64,000 nt of DNA from Raja brachyura (taxonomy: Eukaryota), in contig OY740792.1 of the NCBI GenBank assembly GCA_963514005.1, positions 36,146,001 through 36,210,000 of the forward strand, in the 5' to 3' direction. Shown in pieces: positions 1 to 13,420 of this stretch. The first letter of the stretch is position 1. The number at the start of each line of letters is the position of its first letter. The position numbers were made by a program, and so were the translations under genes. Below the pieces are notes generated by a model. It did not search any database and was not told the DNA's origin. It saw only the letters and a list, made by a program, of their open reading frames with translations.

Positions 1-831
1 TTGCTTTAGTGTAAGTGGGAACTTTGCAGCTGCCTGTGAGAATGCGTTTCTAGACATATGGGATCTGTTACTTGCTAACTGTCGATGATACGCTTAGACT
101 ACCATGATTTCTCAGTGACGTTTGGGAAAAAATAGGAATTTGCCAGAATTTTCCCCAAATCTTACACGTCTGTTTTTCCCCTCTTCCCTGGAATTACATT
201 GGTGAATATGGCTGAATCCAACTGGCTCCTTTTCATAATATAAACTATCATGTACTTAATTTATTATAAATCTTTTATTATTATACCTGTTAACGGAACA
301 AAAAGTTTAATTAAGTGAGAGTGTTAATTTATAACTTAAATTATAATATAATTCAACCATTAGCTGATCTATCATTCCTTCTCAACCCCATTCTCCTGCC
401 TTCTCCATGTAATCTTTGACACCCTTCCCAATCTAGCAAAATTGTTTTTGAATTTATTTGAAATTGGCATTTTTTGATATGTATCCCAATAAGTAAATTA
501 ATTTTAATTTATAATTTAAGTTATAAATTAACTCACTTGATTTTGTTTTGTTGTGCTTCGAGATACAACGTGGAAACAGGTTCTTCGATCCACCGAGTCC
601 ACACTAGTTCTATATTATCCCACCTTTGCATACAGTCCCTACACACTAGGGGCAATTTACAGAGTGCCAATTAACCTGCAAACACACGTGTTCTTCTGTA
701 TGTGGGAGGAAACCAGAGCACCCAGAGGAATCTCACACGGTCACTGGGAGAACGTGCAAACTCCGTACAGAGAGCACCAGAGGTCAAGATCGAACCCGGA
801 GCCTCTGGGTTCTATAACTCTGGTGCTCTAA

Positions 832-1109
832 TGCCCCTGTCTCACTTAGAAAACCTGAACGGAAACCTCTGGAGACTTTGCGCCCCACCCAAGGTTTCCG
901 TGTGGTTCCCGGCGGTTTGTGTCCTCCGGCAACCACCTTCAACTAGCATCGCAGCCGGCTTCGACTAAAAAATCACCGATTTTTAAAACGGAAACCACTT
1001 TCGACCATTAGGAAGACTGACAAAAACCTCCGGGAACCGCACGGAAACTTGGGTGGGGCGCAAAGTCTCCAGAGGTTTCCGCTCAGGTTTCCTAAGTGGG
1101 ACAGGGGCA
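832..1109. mobile_element. PIF/Harbinger-type MITE inserted in an HE1 SINE
   Basis: Terminal inverted repeats of about 80 bp (TGCCCCTGTCYCACTTAG...CTAAGTGGGACAGGGGCA). TAA duplication at 829-831 and 1110-1112. The host SINE (about 555-1147, minus) resumes on both sides. Confidence 0.9.
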
Positions 1110-1952
1110 TAAGGCAGGAACTACTGCTGCACCACTGTGCTGCCCTAATGTTATTGGGATACATAGCAAAAATCAAAATTTGCTAAAGGAATAATTTCAA
1201 ATTAATCCAGGAGGATTTTTATCTTGATTAGGAAGGGCGTCAAAGGTGATGGGGATAAGGCAGGAGAATGGGGTTGTGAGGGGAGATAGATCAGTCATGA
1301 TTGAACGCAGAAGCTGACTTGTTGGGCTGAATGGCATCATTCTGCTCCTATGTATTATTATGGTCTTTAATTGTACAACTGTGTGTACAGCTTACATTGA
1401 GATCAAAGGATATTGAAGACCCAATGTCATGGAATAGATAAAATGTGTAGGGAGGAACCGCAGATACTGGTTTAGATTGAAGATAGACACAATAAGCTGG
1501 AGCAAGTCAGCGGGACAGGCAACATTTCTGGAGAAAAGGAATAGGTGACGTTTCAGGTTGAGACCCTTCTTCAGACGCTCATTGTGTAGAGTTAGACTAC
1601 TGTTCCCTTGATTCTAAAGCTGTACCTAAGTTGATATTCTCAAAGCATTCACCATTTACAAAGCAAGGAACAGTGATCATAATTCAATAAGCTTCATGCA
1701 CACCTAGACAATTTAAACAGAATTAATTAACCCATCTGATGTCAGTCCAGATGGGCCATGTAAACAAACAGGCAGATCTTAAACGCAACGCTAACCCACC
1801 GAGCATGAATATCACTAATTCTATCAAGGGCTATTAATGAAAACGGGGATTAAAAACATCTTCACAGTGATGAGAGCAAGATGCTGTGTGGCACTCACTA
1901 AAACTACCTGTTAAATGGCTCGTTTATACAAAAATATGGCTCAAATACTCAA

Positions 1953-2190
1953 CGATAGACACAGAATGACTCAGCGGGTCAGGCAGCATCTCTGGAGAAA
2001 AAGGAATAGGTGGAGTCTCAGGTCGGGACCTTTCTTCAGGCTGGCTCCCCTGATTCTCAGTCTGAAGAAGGGTCTTGGTCCAAAACACCACCTATTCCTG
2101 TCCTCCAGAGATGCTGCCTGTCCCACTGAGTTACTCCAACATTTTGTGTCTGTCTTCAGTGTAAACCAGCATCTGCAGTTCCTCCCTACA
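1953..2190. mobile_element. Palindromic PLE-derived short element with degenerate hammerhead motifs
   Basis: Inverted arms around a short spacer. Flanked by CAAATACTCAA (1942-1952) and CAAATATTCAA (2191-2201). Confidence 0.75.
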
Positions 2191-2879
2191 CAAATATTCA
2201 AAGATGTTGCTTGTTTTGTACCCAGGAGCCAGATTGAAACCACTCCTGAGATCGATTGAATTTTCGGAAGATCATAAAACATAGGAGCAGATTTAGGCCA
2301 TTCGGCCCATCGAGTCTACATCACCATTCAATAATGGCTGACCCATCTTTCCCTCGCAACCACATTCTCCTGCCTGCTCCCCATAACCATTGACACGTTT
2401 ATTCATCAAGAATGTATGAAACTCCGCCTGAAAAATACCCAACACATTTTTCAAAACATGTTCAACCTTTCCAACGCTGCATTTTGTGCCCTGGTATTTT
2501 ATTTCATTCTTCACATGTTTAAATCATAATGTTTTAGTTGGAATTATCTACTACTGTACATCGTGTTGTTACTTGCGAACAAAGCACCAAGGCAAATTCT
2601 TTGTATGTATACATACTTGGCTAATAAAAACAAATTCGGTTATTCAATTCAATTTTAATAACGTGTGCATTGAAATAATGTCAATTTCCAAACAAAAACT
2701 CACAAGTTCACCAGAGGACCTCTGAAGACAGATCCCATTCCCCTCCCCCAAACACATACACAAAACACAAAAATCACAGTGGACCGCAAACTCCTAGCCT
2801 CTACTTTTTGATTCATCCCTGCAGTTAATCTCCATAACAATTCACGGCAACGGTTAAAGAGCGAATGCACACGACTCAC

Positions 2880-2919
2880 CCAAAAGCAACGCGACCAACT
2901 GGATGGGAATGCACTTCAT
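2880..2919 (-). CDS. IGSF3: IGSF3-like gene, first coding (signal peptide) exon, MKCIPIQLVALLL+G; the rest of the gene lies left of the window
   Basis: Minus strand reads acaATGAAGTGCATTCCCATCCAGTTGGTCGCGTTGCTTTTGG|GTGAGT: A at -3, 13 codons plus a phase-1 G, and a consensus donor at 2879-2874. The hydrophobic peptide resembles my recollection of the human IGSF3 N-terminus (MKCFFPVLSCLAVLG). It lies next to an EWI paralogue and below a TATA promoter. Confidence 0.7.
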
Positions 2920-3139
2920 TGTTGCAACTGCCTGAAAAGCATTTGCTCTCACCAACACGTTACAGCCCGGGTTGTCTCAGAACTATCCAGTCTTCGTGCA
3001 GTGTGGAGCTCCCAGGGTCAAGGCTACTGGAGAGGGGGAGGTGTCGAGTCGAGGGCAGTGGGGTGGCTTGAAGTAAGGTTAAAGCCAGGTACAATTCCTA
3101 GAGCTTCTCAGCGCGGCACGTTCATCCCACCGACTACTT

Positions 3140-3300
3140 GGCTACACTGGAAACACACAGGCTCTCGCTTTATAGGTTGGGGTGGTTCAAAACAAGGCGA
3201 CAGATCCGCCCCAGATGCAGACGGACTGGATGCAGTGAGTGGAAGAGAAAAGGAGGTGGGATCGCGACGTCAAATTGTGGGCGGAAAGGTGGGTTGTTCA
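3140..3300 (-). promoter_or_regulatory. Core promoter of the IGSF3-like gene (TATA box, GC boxes, CRE-like site)
   Basis: TATAAA on the minus strand at 3174-3169, about 250 bp above the ATG. GC boxes near 3205 (ccgccc) and 3279 (gggcgg), GACGTCA near 3265. CpG-enriched and free of recognisable repeats. Confidence 0.55.
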
Positions 3301-3303
3301 AGC

Positions 3304-3306
<3 letters not shown>

Positions 3307-3343
<37 letters not shown>

Positions 3344-3580
3344 AGAGGGAGGCGAAAGGAGGGGGGAGGGATGGATGCAGAGGAAGGGAGGGAGAGAGAG
3401 GGGAAGGGAGGGTGGGATAATGGGAGGGAGGAGAGATAGAGCTAAAGGGATGGGCAGATTAATGGATGCTAAGTGCAATGTGGGAAAGGGCAGAGTGAAG
3501 ATAGAGAGGCACAGAGAAGCCCAGATACAAAAATCAATGGGCACTCAGAGGTAGGAGAGCTTGGAGAAGCTAGTGCTGAA

Positions 3581-3617
<37 letters not shown>
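3307..3617. repeat. Polypurine tract bounded by two (GA)n microsatellites (about 3307-3339 and 3585-3617)
   Basis: Read directly from the sequence. Confidence 0.9.
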
Positions 3618-3618
<1 letters not shown>

Positions 3619-3895
3619 GAAGGAAACATAGGCTGTGAGCTGCACTGTGCTGTGTGTGGCTCCCGAAGGCTGGAAGGAATAAAGAGAGGAAATAAAGTGA
3701 TTTTTTTATTTCCCCTTTGCTGAACGTTTCAAGTTGAAATAAAAGAAACATCAATGGTACAGAACTATGAGCAAAACACAAAGCGCTGGAGGAACTCAGC
3801 AGGATCAGGCGGCAACTGTGGAGGGAACGAATAGGCAATGTTTCTGTACACATATATGGTATATCTGATCTGTTTGGATAGCTTGCAAAACACAC

Positions 3896-4427
3896 TTTTG
3901 CGCCCCATATCTGAGGAAGGATGTGCCGGTGTTGGAGAGGGTCCAGAGGAGGTTTACGAGAGTGATCCTGGGGATGATTGGGTTAATATATGATGAGTGT
4001 TTGACGGCACTGGGCCTGTACTCGCTGGAGTTTAGAAGGAAGAGGGGGTACCTCATTGAAACGTACGGAGCAGTGAAAGGTCTGGATACTGTGAGTGTGG
4101 AGAGGATGTTTCCCGTAGTGGGAGAGTCTCGGACCAGAGGGCACAGCCTCAGAATAAAAAGACATTCCTTTAGAAAGGACACGAGGAGGAATTTCTGTAG
4201 TCAGAGGGTAGTGAATCTGAGGAATTCATTGCTACAGACAGCTGTGGATGCCACGTCAATGGATTTTTTTAAGGCGGAGATGAACAGATTCTTGATTAGT
4301 AAGGGTGTAAGGGGAGATGGGAGGAGAACGGGGTTCAGAAAGAAAGATAGATCAGCCGTGATTGAATGGTAGAGTAGATTTGATGGGCCAAATGGCCTAA
4401 TTCCTCTCCTACAACATGAATTTATGT
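3896..4427 (+). mobile_element. CR1 LINE 3' fragment
   Basis: [10 protein letters not shown]...LGLYSLEFRR...TRGHSLRI...SQRVVNL C-terminal motifs plus the 3' UTR. Confidence 0.9.
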
Positions 4428-4803
4428 CAGGTGTAGTGTTAGTTGCTTTGTTGGATGTAGATCCCCGTTATCCCTGAGGCCACACAAAATCAGTGGAAAA
4501 TGTGCCCGCCATCTCCAGCACGGCCAGGAACACCCACAGACGTGACACCCAGGGGCCAAGCTGGTGAGAGGCAGATTGGAGGGGGGCTGAGTTAATCAAC
4601 AAATGTTGTATTGGTACAGCTAAGCTAATTATTTGGAACAAAGAATATAGATCATCGAACAGTACAGCACAGGAATGGGCAATTCGGCCCACAATGTCCA
4701 TACCATACATGATGCCAAGTTGAAGTAATCTCCTCTGCCTGCACGTGATCCATATCCCTCCATTCCCTGCGTACCCACGTGCCTATCCAAGTCTTTAAAA
4801 TAT

Positions 4804-5098
4804 GGTGCCACGGTGGTGCAGCGGTAGAGTTGCTGCCTTACAGCGCCAAAGACCCGGGTTTGATCCTGACTACACGTGCTGTCTGTACGGAGTTTGCACG
4901 TTCTCCCCGCGACCACGTGGGTTTTCTCCGGGTCTTCCGGTTTCCTCGCCCACTCCAAAGACGTACAGGTTTGTAGGTTAATTGGCTTTGGTAAAATTGT
5001 CCTTAGTGTATAAGATGGTGTTAGTTTACTGGGTGAGTGAGCGCTGATCGGCGTGGACTCGGTGGGCCTTATTCCACATTGTATCTCTAAACTCTAAA
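4804..5098 (+). mobile_element. HE1-type tRNA-derived V-SINE (representative of about 30 full or partial copies)
   Basis: tRNA-like head with A and B boxes, central V-domain (GTCTGTACGGAGTTTGCACGTTCTCCCC...GTGGGTTTTCTCCGGG) and CR1-like tail ending in CTAAA repeats. Other copies start near 8855, 13600, 16375, 17265, 19518, 22695, 23550, 29020, 29905, 31920, 33815, 36545, 45445, 51490, 52035, 55525, 57620, 58765 and 59915. Confidence 0.9.
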
Positions 5099-5920
5099 TG
5101 CCATTATCGCATCTGCCTCCATTACCTACCCTGGCTGCACATTTCCGTCAAATACTCTGTAATGGAGCAAGTACGTTTACCTACATTTTCTCAGTGACAT
5201 TTTGGAAATGTGATGTTATAATAGGTGGGGGAAAAAAAGCAAATTCTTCTATTTCTGGGAGTAAACATCCCTCACTTCATTGAGCAGAACAATACACTGT
5301 GTAACCAATAATATCACCAAACACTGGTTGTCAAGGTAATAAATGTACCCTATGCTAGGTTCTATATAATTTGCATATTATTCACAACATTAAAGAGATA
5401 AACCATGCTACTATTTTTAAGAATCTTACAAAACAACTTCAAAAGGAGTAGTGCTACTCCCTAGCACAATGTTATTCAACTCTTTATACCTCTTCTGTGC
5501 CACTCTAATTTTTTACCAGAATTATACCTGTATTCAAGGGTCCAGGAATGGTCCTGTCTGCGGAGTTTGCACCTTCTCCCTGCGAACGTATGGGTTTTCT
5601 CCGGCTGTTCCCATGTCCTCCCATGTTGCAAAGACATGCAGGTTTGTAGGTTAATTGGCCCTCTGTAAAATTGTCCCTGGTGTGTAGGGAGTGGATGCAA
5701 GTGTCGGATACCATAGAAACAGTGTGAATAGGTGATCAATGGTCGGCATGGATTCGGTGGATCATAGGTAGAACAAGGAACTGCAGATGCTGGTTTCTAC
5801 CAAAGATAGACACAAATTAACTAAGCAGGTCAGGCAGCATCTCTGGAGAAAAGCATGCGTGATGTTTCTGGGTCAGATGTCTGAAGAGGGGACCTGACTC
5901 GAAATGTTACCCATCCTTTT

Positions 5921-7297
5921 GTCACCCACCCACCTCTGCCTTACATTCACCAAAATACTATCTTGGAAACTTTCCAATCAGGTTTCAGGGCCCACCACAG
6001 CCAGAGTCTGCCTTGTTGAAGGTACATAATGACCTACTGCTCACCATTGACTCCGGCGGCTGTGCAATCCTGCTCCTTCTTGACCTCAGCGCAGCATTTG
6101 ATACTGTCGACCACACCATCCTAATTGACCGTCTCCGGTGCGGGGTTGGTATTGATGGCACTGCCCTGAGCTGGTTCGTCTCCTACCTCAAAGGTAGGAG
6201 TTTATCCACTAACATAGGTAACTCTTTCTCCTCCCCAGCTAGTCTCTGCTGTGGTGTTCCACAAGGCTCCATCCTTGGCCCCATTCTCTTCTTCCTGTAT
6301 ATGCTTCCCTTAGGTCAAGTCATTGAAAGGAATGGCATTTCCTTCCATTGCTACGCAGATGATACACAACTGTACCTCCCCCTGAAGCCCAAAAACCAAT
6401 CAAATCTGCTTAACCTTATCCGCTGCCTCGAGGATATAATGTGTTGGATGGTCCAGAACTTCCTCCAACTAAACGAGAATAAGTCTGAGGTCATCCTTCT
6501 CGGCCCCTCGGACTCAATCAAAACCATAGCATGCAGCCTTGGAAGCCTTACCCCACTACTCAAACCTCACGTCAAAAACCTTGGCGTGATATTTGTCTCA
6601 GCATTGAAATTCAACAAACAAGTCAATGCCATGGTAAAAGCTAGCTTCTTTCAGCTTCGGATGATAGCTAAAATAAAACAATTCCTCCAGTTTGATGACC
6701 TCGAAAAGATCATCCACACATTTATCTCCTCCGGCCTAGATTACTGCAACTCCCTTTACACTGGCATCAGCCAATCTTCCCTATCCCGCCTGCAACTGGT
6801 CCAAAACGCCGCAGCGAGACTCCTGACACCCCGATCCTGGCCTCTCTCCACTGGCTCCCTGTGCGGTTCCATATAAATTTCAAGATCCTCCTCTATGTCT
6901 ACAAAGTCCTCAATGCGCTTGCCCCCACCTACATTAAAAGTCTTCCCACCCACCACTCCACCTCCAGGTCCCTCAGATCGGCCGACTCGGGGTTACTGAA
7001 CATCCTGCGGTCTAGGCATAAGCTCAGGGGCGACCTCACCTTTGCGGTTGCAGCTGCTAGACTGTGGAACAGCATCCCTCTTCCCATCAGAACTGCCCCC
7101 TTCATCGACTCCTTTAAGTCAAGACTAAAAACGTATCTATACTCCCAAGCCTTTCTTGACGTCCTCTGAGCGAGGGCTATATGTATATATGTATGTAGTT
7201 TGTTTGTTTATACTATTCTTATAACAAATGTAAAGGACTTTGGCCAACAAGAGTTGTTTATTAAATGTGCTATATAAATAAATGTGACTTGACATGA
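5921..7297 (+). mobile_element. L2-clade LINE, 5'-truncated RT fragment with 3' end
   Basis: LLDLSAAFDTVDH, GVPQGSILGP, HCYADDTQLY and LQLVQNAAARLL motifs, with a frameshift or deletion near 6830. Ends TATAAATAAA-tgtgacttgacatga. CCTTTT duplication at 5915-5920 and 7298-7303. Confidence 0.92.
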
Positions 7298-7489
7298 CCT
7301 TTTCTCCAGAGATGCTGCCTGACTCATTGAGTTACTCCAATACTTTGTGTCTATCTCCGGTGGGTGGGCCGAAGGGACCGTTTCCATGCTGCATCTTTCA
7401 ATCAATGGGACACCATTTAGGAAACAAGGAATTTGGTTCCTTCCACTCCTGATATGGTGGTCTTCTGTCTTTGAAGGACTTCGCGCTAC

Positions 7490-7810
7490 ATCCACCCTCG
7501 ACTTCATCAAGGGATCTCAGCAGTCCTTCCAGGTGAGACAGCGTTAGTTCCTGCATCCTGTACATCGGCAATATCAATCGCAGACTCAGCAACCATTTTG
7601 ACAAACACTCACGCTCGGTCCGTCAAGGCCGAGGAGATCTCCCAGTTGCCAACTATTTAAACTCCCTGTCCCATTCCTACACAGACCTTCCTGTCCTGGG
7701 CCTCCTCCATTACCAGAGTGAGGCCGTACGCAAATAGGAAGAACAGCACCTCATATTTCGCTTGGGTAGCTTACAACCCAGTGGTATGAATGTTGAATTC
7801 TCCAATTTTA
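7490..7810 (+). mobile_element. Penelope-like GIY-YIG endonuclease fragment (degenerate)
   Basis: DNA similarity to the reverse complement of 10835-11200, including gaacagcacctcatatttcgcttgggtagc (EQHLIFRLGS). Confidence 0.8.
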
Positions 7811-9227
7811 TGTAACTTCTACAAACACTCTCCTCCCTCCCCCTTGCCCCCCCCTAAACTCCTCACACAGAGACTGCACCCGAGGTCAGGTTCAAACCCG
7901 ATTCTCTGGCGCTGTGAGGCAGCAACTCTACCCGAGAGATGGGTCTGTAATGGAGATCACGAAGCAAATGTAGTGCCCCAGTATGATCCATAATCACAAT
8001 GCATGAAAGATTTGAGCTGATGTTATACATTCTTTGCTGACTATTCTTCCTCCTCTGCAACTCAAAGATCTAACGTGAAAGAAATGAGAATTTGGACTCA
8101 GGAATCACAACTTCTTTGAAGGGACGTATATTAACAAGAAACACGAATGCACAATACAGATATTTAATTGGGTACTTGATACCACTTGAAGATTAAAAGA
8201 GGGGAAAGATGGAGATAAATGAGTGAAAACCGCATTCTGTTCTAATTAACCCGGCTGCAAAGCAAAAGTGCTGCTTTACATAAATAGGACATAAACAAAA
8301 CAAAAAGATAGGATAGAAAAAAGAAAGTGCTTCTGTAAACGGAAGTGTAGCAGAATGACACAAGCTTAACAGTGTAGAGACAAAAGGCAGCAAAATATAG
8401 AGAATGGTGTAGACCAGAATATCAGCTTCCCAGAATGTTTTTAAATAAATAGTTCTTCACTGACATTGAGAATCAGTATGGCGCATGTGAATTCTGCCGT
8501 TCTGATTTGAATGTTGCTTCGAAGTTAGGGAGATGCCTGCAGGTTTTTACATAGCGTACAGATTTATGATTCATTTAACAAGCACCTCTGGAATTATCAC
8601 CCTTCTCTATTAACGTATGTTGTCAACTAGATGATGTAATTTGAAATACAAGGCGTAGCTTATTAAACTGATCAATGCGCAACTGTTAGTAGCAGACACC
8701 ATCTTAGCTGAGACTGATGCACAGTGAAGTTAATGCCTGCAAGATTTCTTATATTGCCAAAATATATATTTTTCCCCAGTATAAACCCTTCAATAATTTA
8801 ATTGATTAAAGAATAGTCCAACAATAGGTGGAAAGTCAAAGAAAACAATATTGGATGGCACTGTGGCACAGCTGGTAGAGCCTCTGCCTCACAGTGCCAG
8901 ACGCGGGTTCGATCCTGACATGGGTTCCGTCTCTGTGTGGATTTTGCATGTTCTCCCCGTGGCCGCGTGGGTTTCCTTCAGGTGCTCTGGTTTCCGTCCA
9001 TATCTCTAAGATGGGCTTGTAGGTTGATTGGCCCTCTCTAAATTGCCCCTGGTGTGTAGGGAGTGGATGAGAAAGTGGAATAACATACAAATAGTGTGAA
9101 CGGGTGATCAGTGTGGGCCTGTTTCCATGCTGCATCTTTCAATGAAAATATTCCGAAAGGGAATCCAGCTGTGTTAATGGGATCGACTCAAATGAAGGGA
9201 ATTTGGTACATAAGGAAGGGGCAATGG

Positions 9228-9770
9228 ACAATAGACAATAGACAATAGGTGCAGGAGGAGGCCATTTGGCCCTTCGAGCCAGCACCGCCATTCAATGTGA
9301 TGACGGCTGATCATCCCCAATCAGTACCCCGTTCCTGCCTTCTCCCCATATCCCCTGACTCCACTATTTTTAAGAGCCATATCTAGCTCTCTCTTGAAAA
9401 CATCCAGAGAACCTGCCTCCACCGCCCTCTGAGGCAGAGAATTCCACAGACTCACCACTCTCTGTGAGAGAAAGTGTTTCCGTTCCAAATGGCTTACTCC
9501 TTATTCCTAAACTATGGCCCCTGGTTCTGGACTCCCCCAACATCAGGAACATGTTTCCTGCCTCTAACGTGTCCAAGCCCTTAACAATCTTATATGTTTC
9601 AATGAGATCCCCTCTCATCCATCTAAACTCCAGAGTGTACAAGCCCAGCCGCTCCATTCTCTCAGCATATGACAGTCCCGCCATCCCGGGAATTAACCTG
9701 GTAAACCTGCACTGCACTCCCTCAATAGCAAGAATGTCCTTCCTCAAATGAGGGGACACAATACTCCAGG
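9228..9770 (-). mobile_element. CR1 LINE 3' fragment
   Basis: RFTRLIPGMAGLSY...LGLYTLEFR...TRGHSL; tail of TATTGTC-type repeats. Confidence 0.9.
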
Positions 9771-10633
9771 GCAAAAGAAGACATTTCAAAGTGTGATATT
9801 AAGGCAATTATAGAATTGGGCGTTTAAGGGGAACAGGAAGATACAATTTTTGGACAGGGATTAAAGAAAAGTGTGGGGTAATATTAGCTAAAGAAACGAT
9901 GATAGCTGCGGGCAGGGATAATACAACAGGAGGATCATAAGATGAGGTTATGAGTTTTGGAATGAGATATGAAGATGGGTGGTGACCCGAAACGTCACCT
10001 GTCTGTTATCCAGAGATGCTACCTGACCCGCTGAGTTACTCCTGTCCTTTGTGTTTTCCTTTTGTATTCACAAGATCTAATTTAGTTGGTACGTAACCGT
10101 GTTTAACAAATGTGGGGTAGAAAAATCGCTGGAGTAACTCAGCGGGCCAGGCAGCAGCCCTGGGGAACGTGGATTGGTCAGAACCTTTCTTCAGACTCAA
10201 AAAATGCAGGAGGGGGGGTGGGGGGGGGGGGGGGGGAGTTTGTAATTTTGGATTTTGGATTTTGTTTTGGGAATGATAAGCAATTGGAAGGCACTTTTAT
10301 GGACCATCTTTGGTTTTTTGCACTAGTGTTACGGTGATAAATTTATTGAATATCTCGACCCAAAATGCTGCTTGTCCCGCTGAGTTACTCCAGGATTTTG
10401 TGCCTACCTTTCTGTTATTCCGAGGCTGTGCCCTCTGGTCCTAGACTCTCCCACTAGTGGAAACACCCTCTCCATATCCACACTATCCTGGCCTTTCACT
10501 ATTCAATGCAGTTAGATTTAGCATAGTTTCAAAAAAGGTTGAAGATAAACAAGGAGGATAATTTTAAATAAGGGTAAGGATGGCTTGACTAGATGAAGGT
10601 ATGATTAGGCATGGCGATAGCTAATTGAGGTAG

Positions 10634-12300
10634 GGTACACAAAATGCTGGAGAAACTCAGCGGGTGCAGCAGCATATATGGAGTGAAGGAAATAGGTAAC
10701 GTTTCGGGCCGAAACCCTTCTTCAGACTGATAGGGGGTGGGGGGGGGGGGTGGGGGGGAAGAAAGGAAAAAGGAGGAGGGGCCAGAGGGATGAGGGAGAG
10801 GTGGGAAGGGGAGGAGACAGCAAGGGCCAACTGAATTGAGAGAATTCAATGTTCATGCCAAGAGGATGCAGACTCCCCAAGCAGAATATGAGGTGCTGTT
10901 CCTCCAACTTGCGGTGTTGCTCACTCTGGCCATGGAGGAGGCCCAGGACAGAGAGGTCGGATACAGAATGGGAGGGAGAGTTGAAGTGCTGAGCCACCGG
11001 GAGGTCGGGTTGGTTATTGCGGACCGAGCGGAGGTGTTCGGCGAAACGATCGCCAAGCCTCCGCTTGGTCTCACCAATATATATCAGCTGGCATCTGGAG
11101 CAGCGGATGCAATAGATGAGGTTGGAGGAGGTGCAGGTGAACCTCTGTCGCACCTGGAACGACTGCTTGGGTCCTTGAATGGAGTGGAGGGGGAGATAAA
11201 GGGACAAGTGTAGCACCTCTTGCGGTTGCAAGGGAAAGTGCCCGGGGATGGGGTGGAGCGGGAGGGAAGGGAAGAATTGACAAGGGAGTTGCGGAGGGAG
11301 CGGTCTTTGCGGAAGGCAGACAGGGGGGGAGATGGGAAGATGTGGCGACTGGTGGGGTCACGTTGGAGGTGGCGAAACTGGCGGAGGACTATGTTGTATG
11401 TGCCGACTGGTGGGGTGAAAGGTGAGGACTAGGGGGACTCTGCCCTTGTTGTGAGTGGGGGAATGGGGAGAGAGGGCAGTTACGGAGTATGGAGGAGACC
11501 CTGGTGCGAGCCTGAACTATAGTGGGGGAGGGGAATCCCTGTTCTCTGAAGAATTAGGACATTTGTGATGCCCTGGTGTGGAACACCTCATCCTGGGAGC
11601 AGATGCGGCGTAGACGGAGGAATTGGGAATAGGGGATGGAGTCCTTACAGGAAGCAGGGTGGGAGGAAGAGTAGTCCAGGTAGCTGTGGGAGTCAGTGGG
11701 TTTATAATGGATGTCGGTCATGAGTGTATCCCCTGCGATGGAGATGGTGAGGTCAAGGAATGGTAGGGAAATGTCGGAAATGTTCCAGGTGTATTTGAAT
11801 GCCGGATGGAAGTTGGTGGTGAAACGGATGAAGTCAGTCAGTTGTGTGTGGGTGCAGGAGGTGACACCAAAGCAGTCATCGATGTAACAGAGGTAGAGGT
11901 CGGGGATGGGGCCCTGGTATGCTGCAAACAAGGACAAAGAGGCAGGCGTATCTGGGGCCCATGCGTGTGCCCATAGCAACGCCTTGTGTTTGGAGGAAAT
12001 GGGAGGAGTTAAAAGAGAAGTTGTTGAGGGTAAGGACCAACTCCGCTAGGCGGAGGAGGGTGTCAATGGATGGGTATGGGTTGGTTCTCCGGTCGAGGAA
12101 GAACCGGAGGGCTTTGTGACCATCCTGGTGGGGGATGGAGGTGTAGAGTGATTGGAGGTCCATGGTGAAGATGAGAAGATGGGGGCCTGGAGAATCGAAT
12201 GCGCGGAGAGTGTCTGAGGTATCTTGAACATAGGTGGGGAGGGATTTAACCAAGGGGGATAGGATGGAGTCAAGGTATGTGGAAATGTTGAACATAGGTG
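10634..12300 (-). mobile_element. Penelope-like retroelement, 5'-truncated and frameshifted: RT, GIY-YIG endonuclease and 3' pseudo-LTR with a hammerhead motif
   Basis: RT motifs FTMDLQSLYTSIPH, QTQGVAMGTRMGP, YIDDCFG and LPFLD. Endonuclease FTCTSSNLIYCIRC..CQLIYIGETKRRLGDRFAEH. The 3' UTR carries CTGAAGAAGGGTTTCGGCCCGAAACGTT at 10696-10727. Confidence 0.93.
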
Positions 12301-13212
12301 GGGAGGGAGCTAATTGAGGTAGATTCGTACAAGGCTTTTGACAAGGTCCTGCATGGCAGACCTGCTCAGAACAGTAAAAGCCCAGGGGACCGCATGAAGA
12401 GCGGTAAATTGGGTTTACAAGTGGATCAGCGGCAGAAAACAAAGGTAATATTTGATGTGTGTTTATGCGACAGGAATACCATTAGTGGTAGCATTCTGCG
12501 GTAGATCAGAACACATTCCCTCGCTTTTTGTAAGATATTACAACCATTTACATGTTATTGGACAGCCACCATAAAGATGTTTGCAGATAATATGCAAACT
12601 GTCCATGCAATAGACATGAAGGATGAAATACAGGGACTGCAGGGAAATACAGACTGTCTTGAGCTAGAGTAACTCAGTGGGTCAGGCATCATCTCTGGAA
12701 AAAAAGAATACGCGACGCTTCAGGTCGAGACCCTTCTGCAGACTGTCTGAAGAAGGGTCTCATCACGAAACATCGCCTGTTCCTTTTGTCCAGAAACGCT
12801 GCCTGACCTGCTGAATTACTCCAGCATTTTGTGGCTATCTTCAGTGAAAATCACTCCATGTGACATTTTAGGTTGAGACACTACTTCAGACAGATCCTTC
12901 CTGCACAAATGGAGTTTAGATTAATTTATTGTCATGTGTATCGAGGTACAGCAAAAAGCTTTGTTGCATACTAACCGGTCAGCAGAAAGACAATACATGA
13001 TTACAATCAAGCCGTCCACACTGTACAGATTCACGATGAAGGGAATAACGTTTAGTGCAAGATAAAGTCCAGTAAAGTCCAATTAAAGATAGTCCGAGGG
13101 TCTTTAATGAGGTAGATAGTAGCTCAGGACCGCTCTCTAGTTGTTGGTAAGATGATGCATTTGGGGAAATGGAACAGGGTAGGAGAATTCAGAATAAATA
13201 GGAGGTTATTAA

Positions 13213-13420
13213 AAAAGTCACAAGGTGCTGGTGTAACTCAGTGGGTCAGGCAGCATCTCTGGAGAACATGGATAGGTGACATTTCAGGTCAGATCCATTC
13301 TTCGACCTGAAAAGTCACCTATCCATGTTCTGCAGAGATGCTGCCTGACCCACTGAGTTACACCAGCACCTTGTGTCATTTTTTGTGAAGCAACATCTAC
13401 AGTTCCTTGTTTCTATATAC
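13213..13420. mobile_element. Palindromic PLE-derived short element
   Basis: Near-perfect inverted arms. Flanked by TAGGAGGTTATTAA and TAGGAGGATTCTAA (degenerate 14-bp duplication). Confidence 0.75.

Noticed and set aside
3001-3895. 116-139 aa ORFs near the promoter
   Set aside because: They are low-complexity translations of GA repeats and adjacent repeats.
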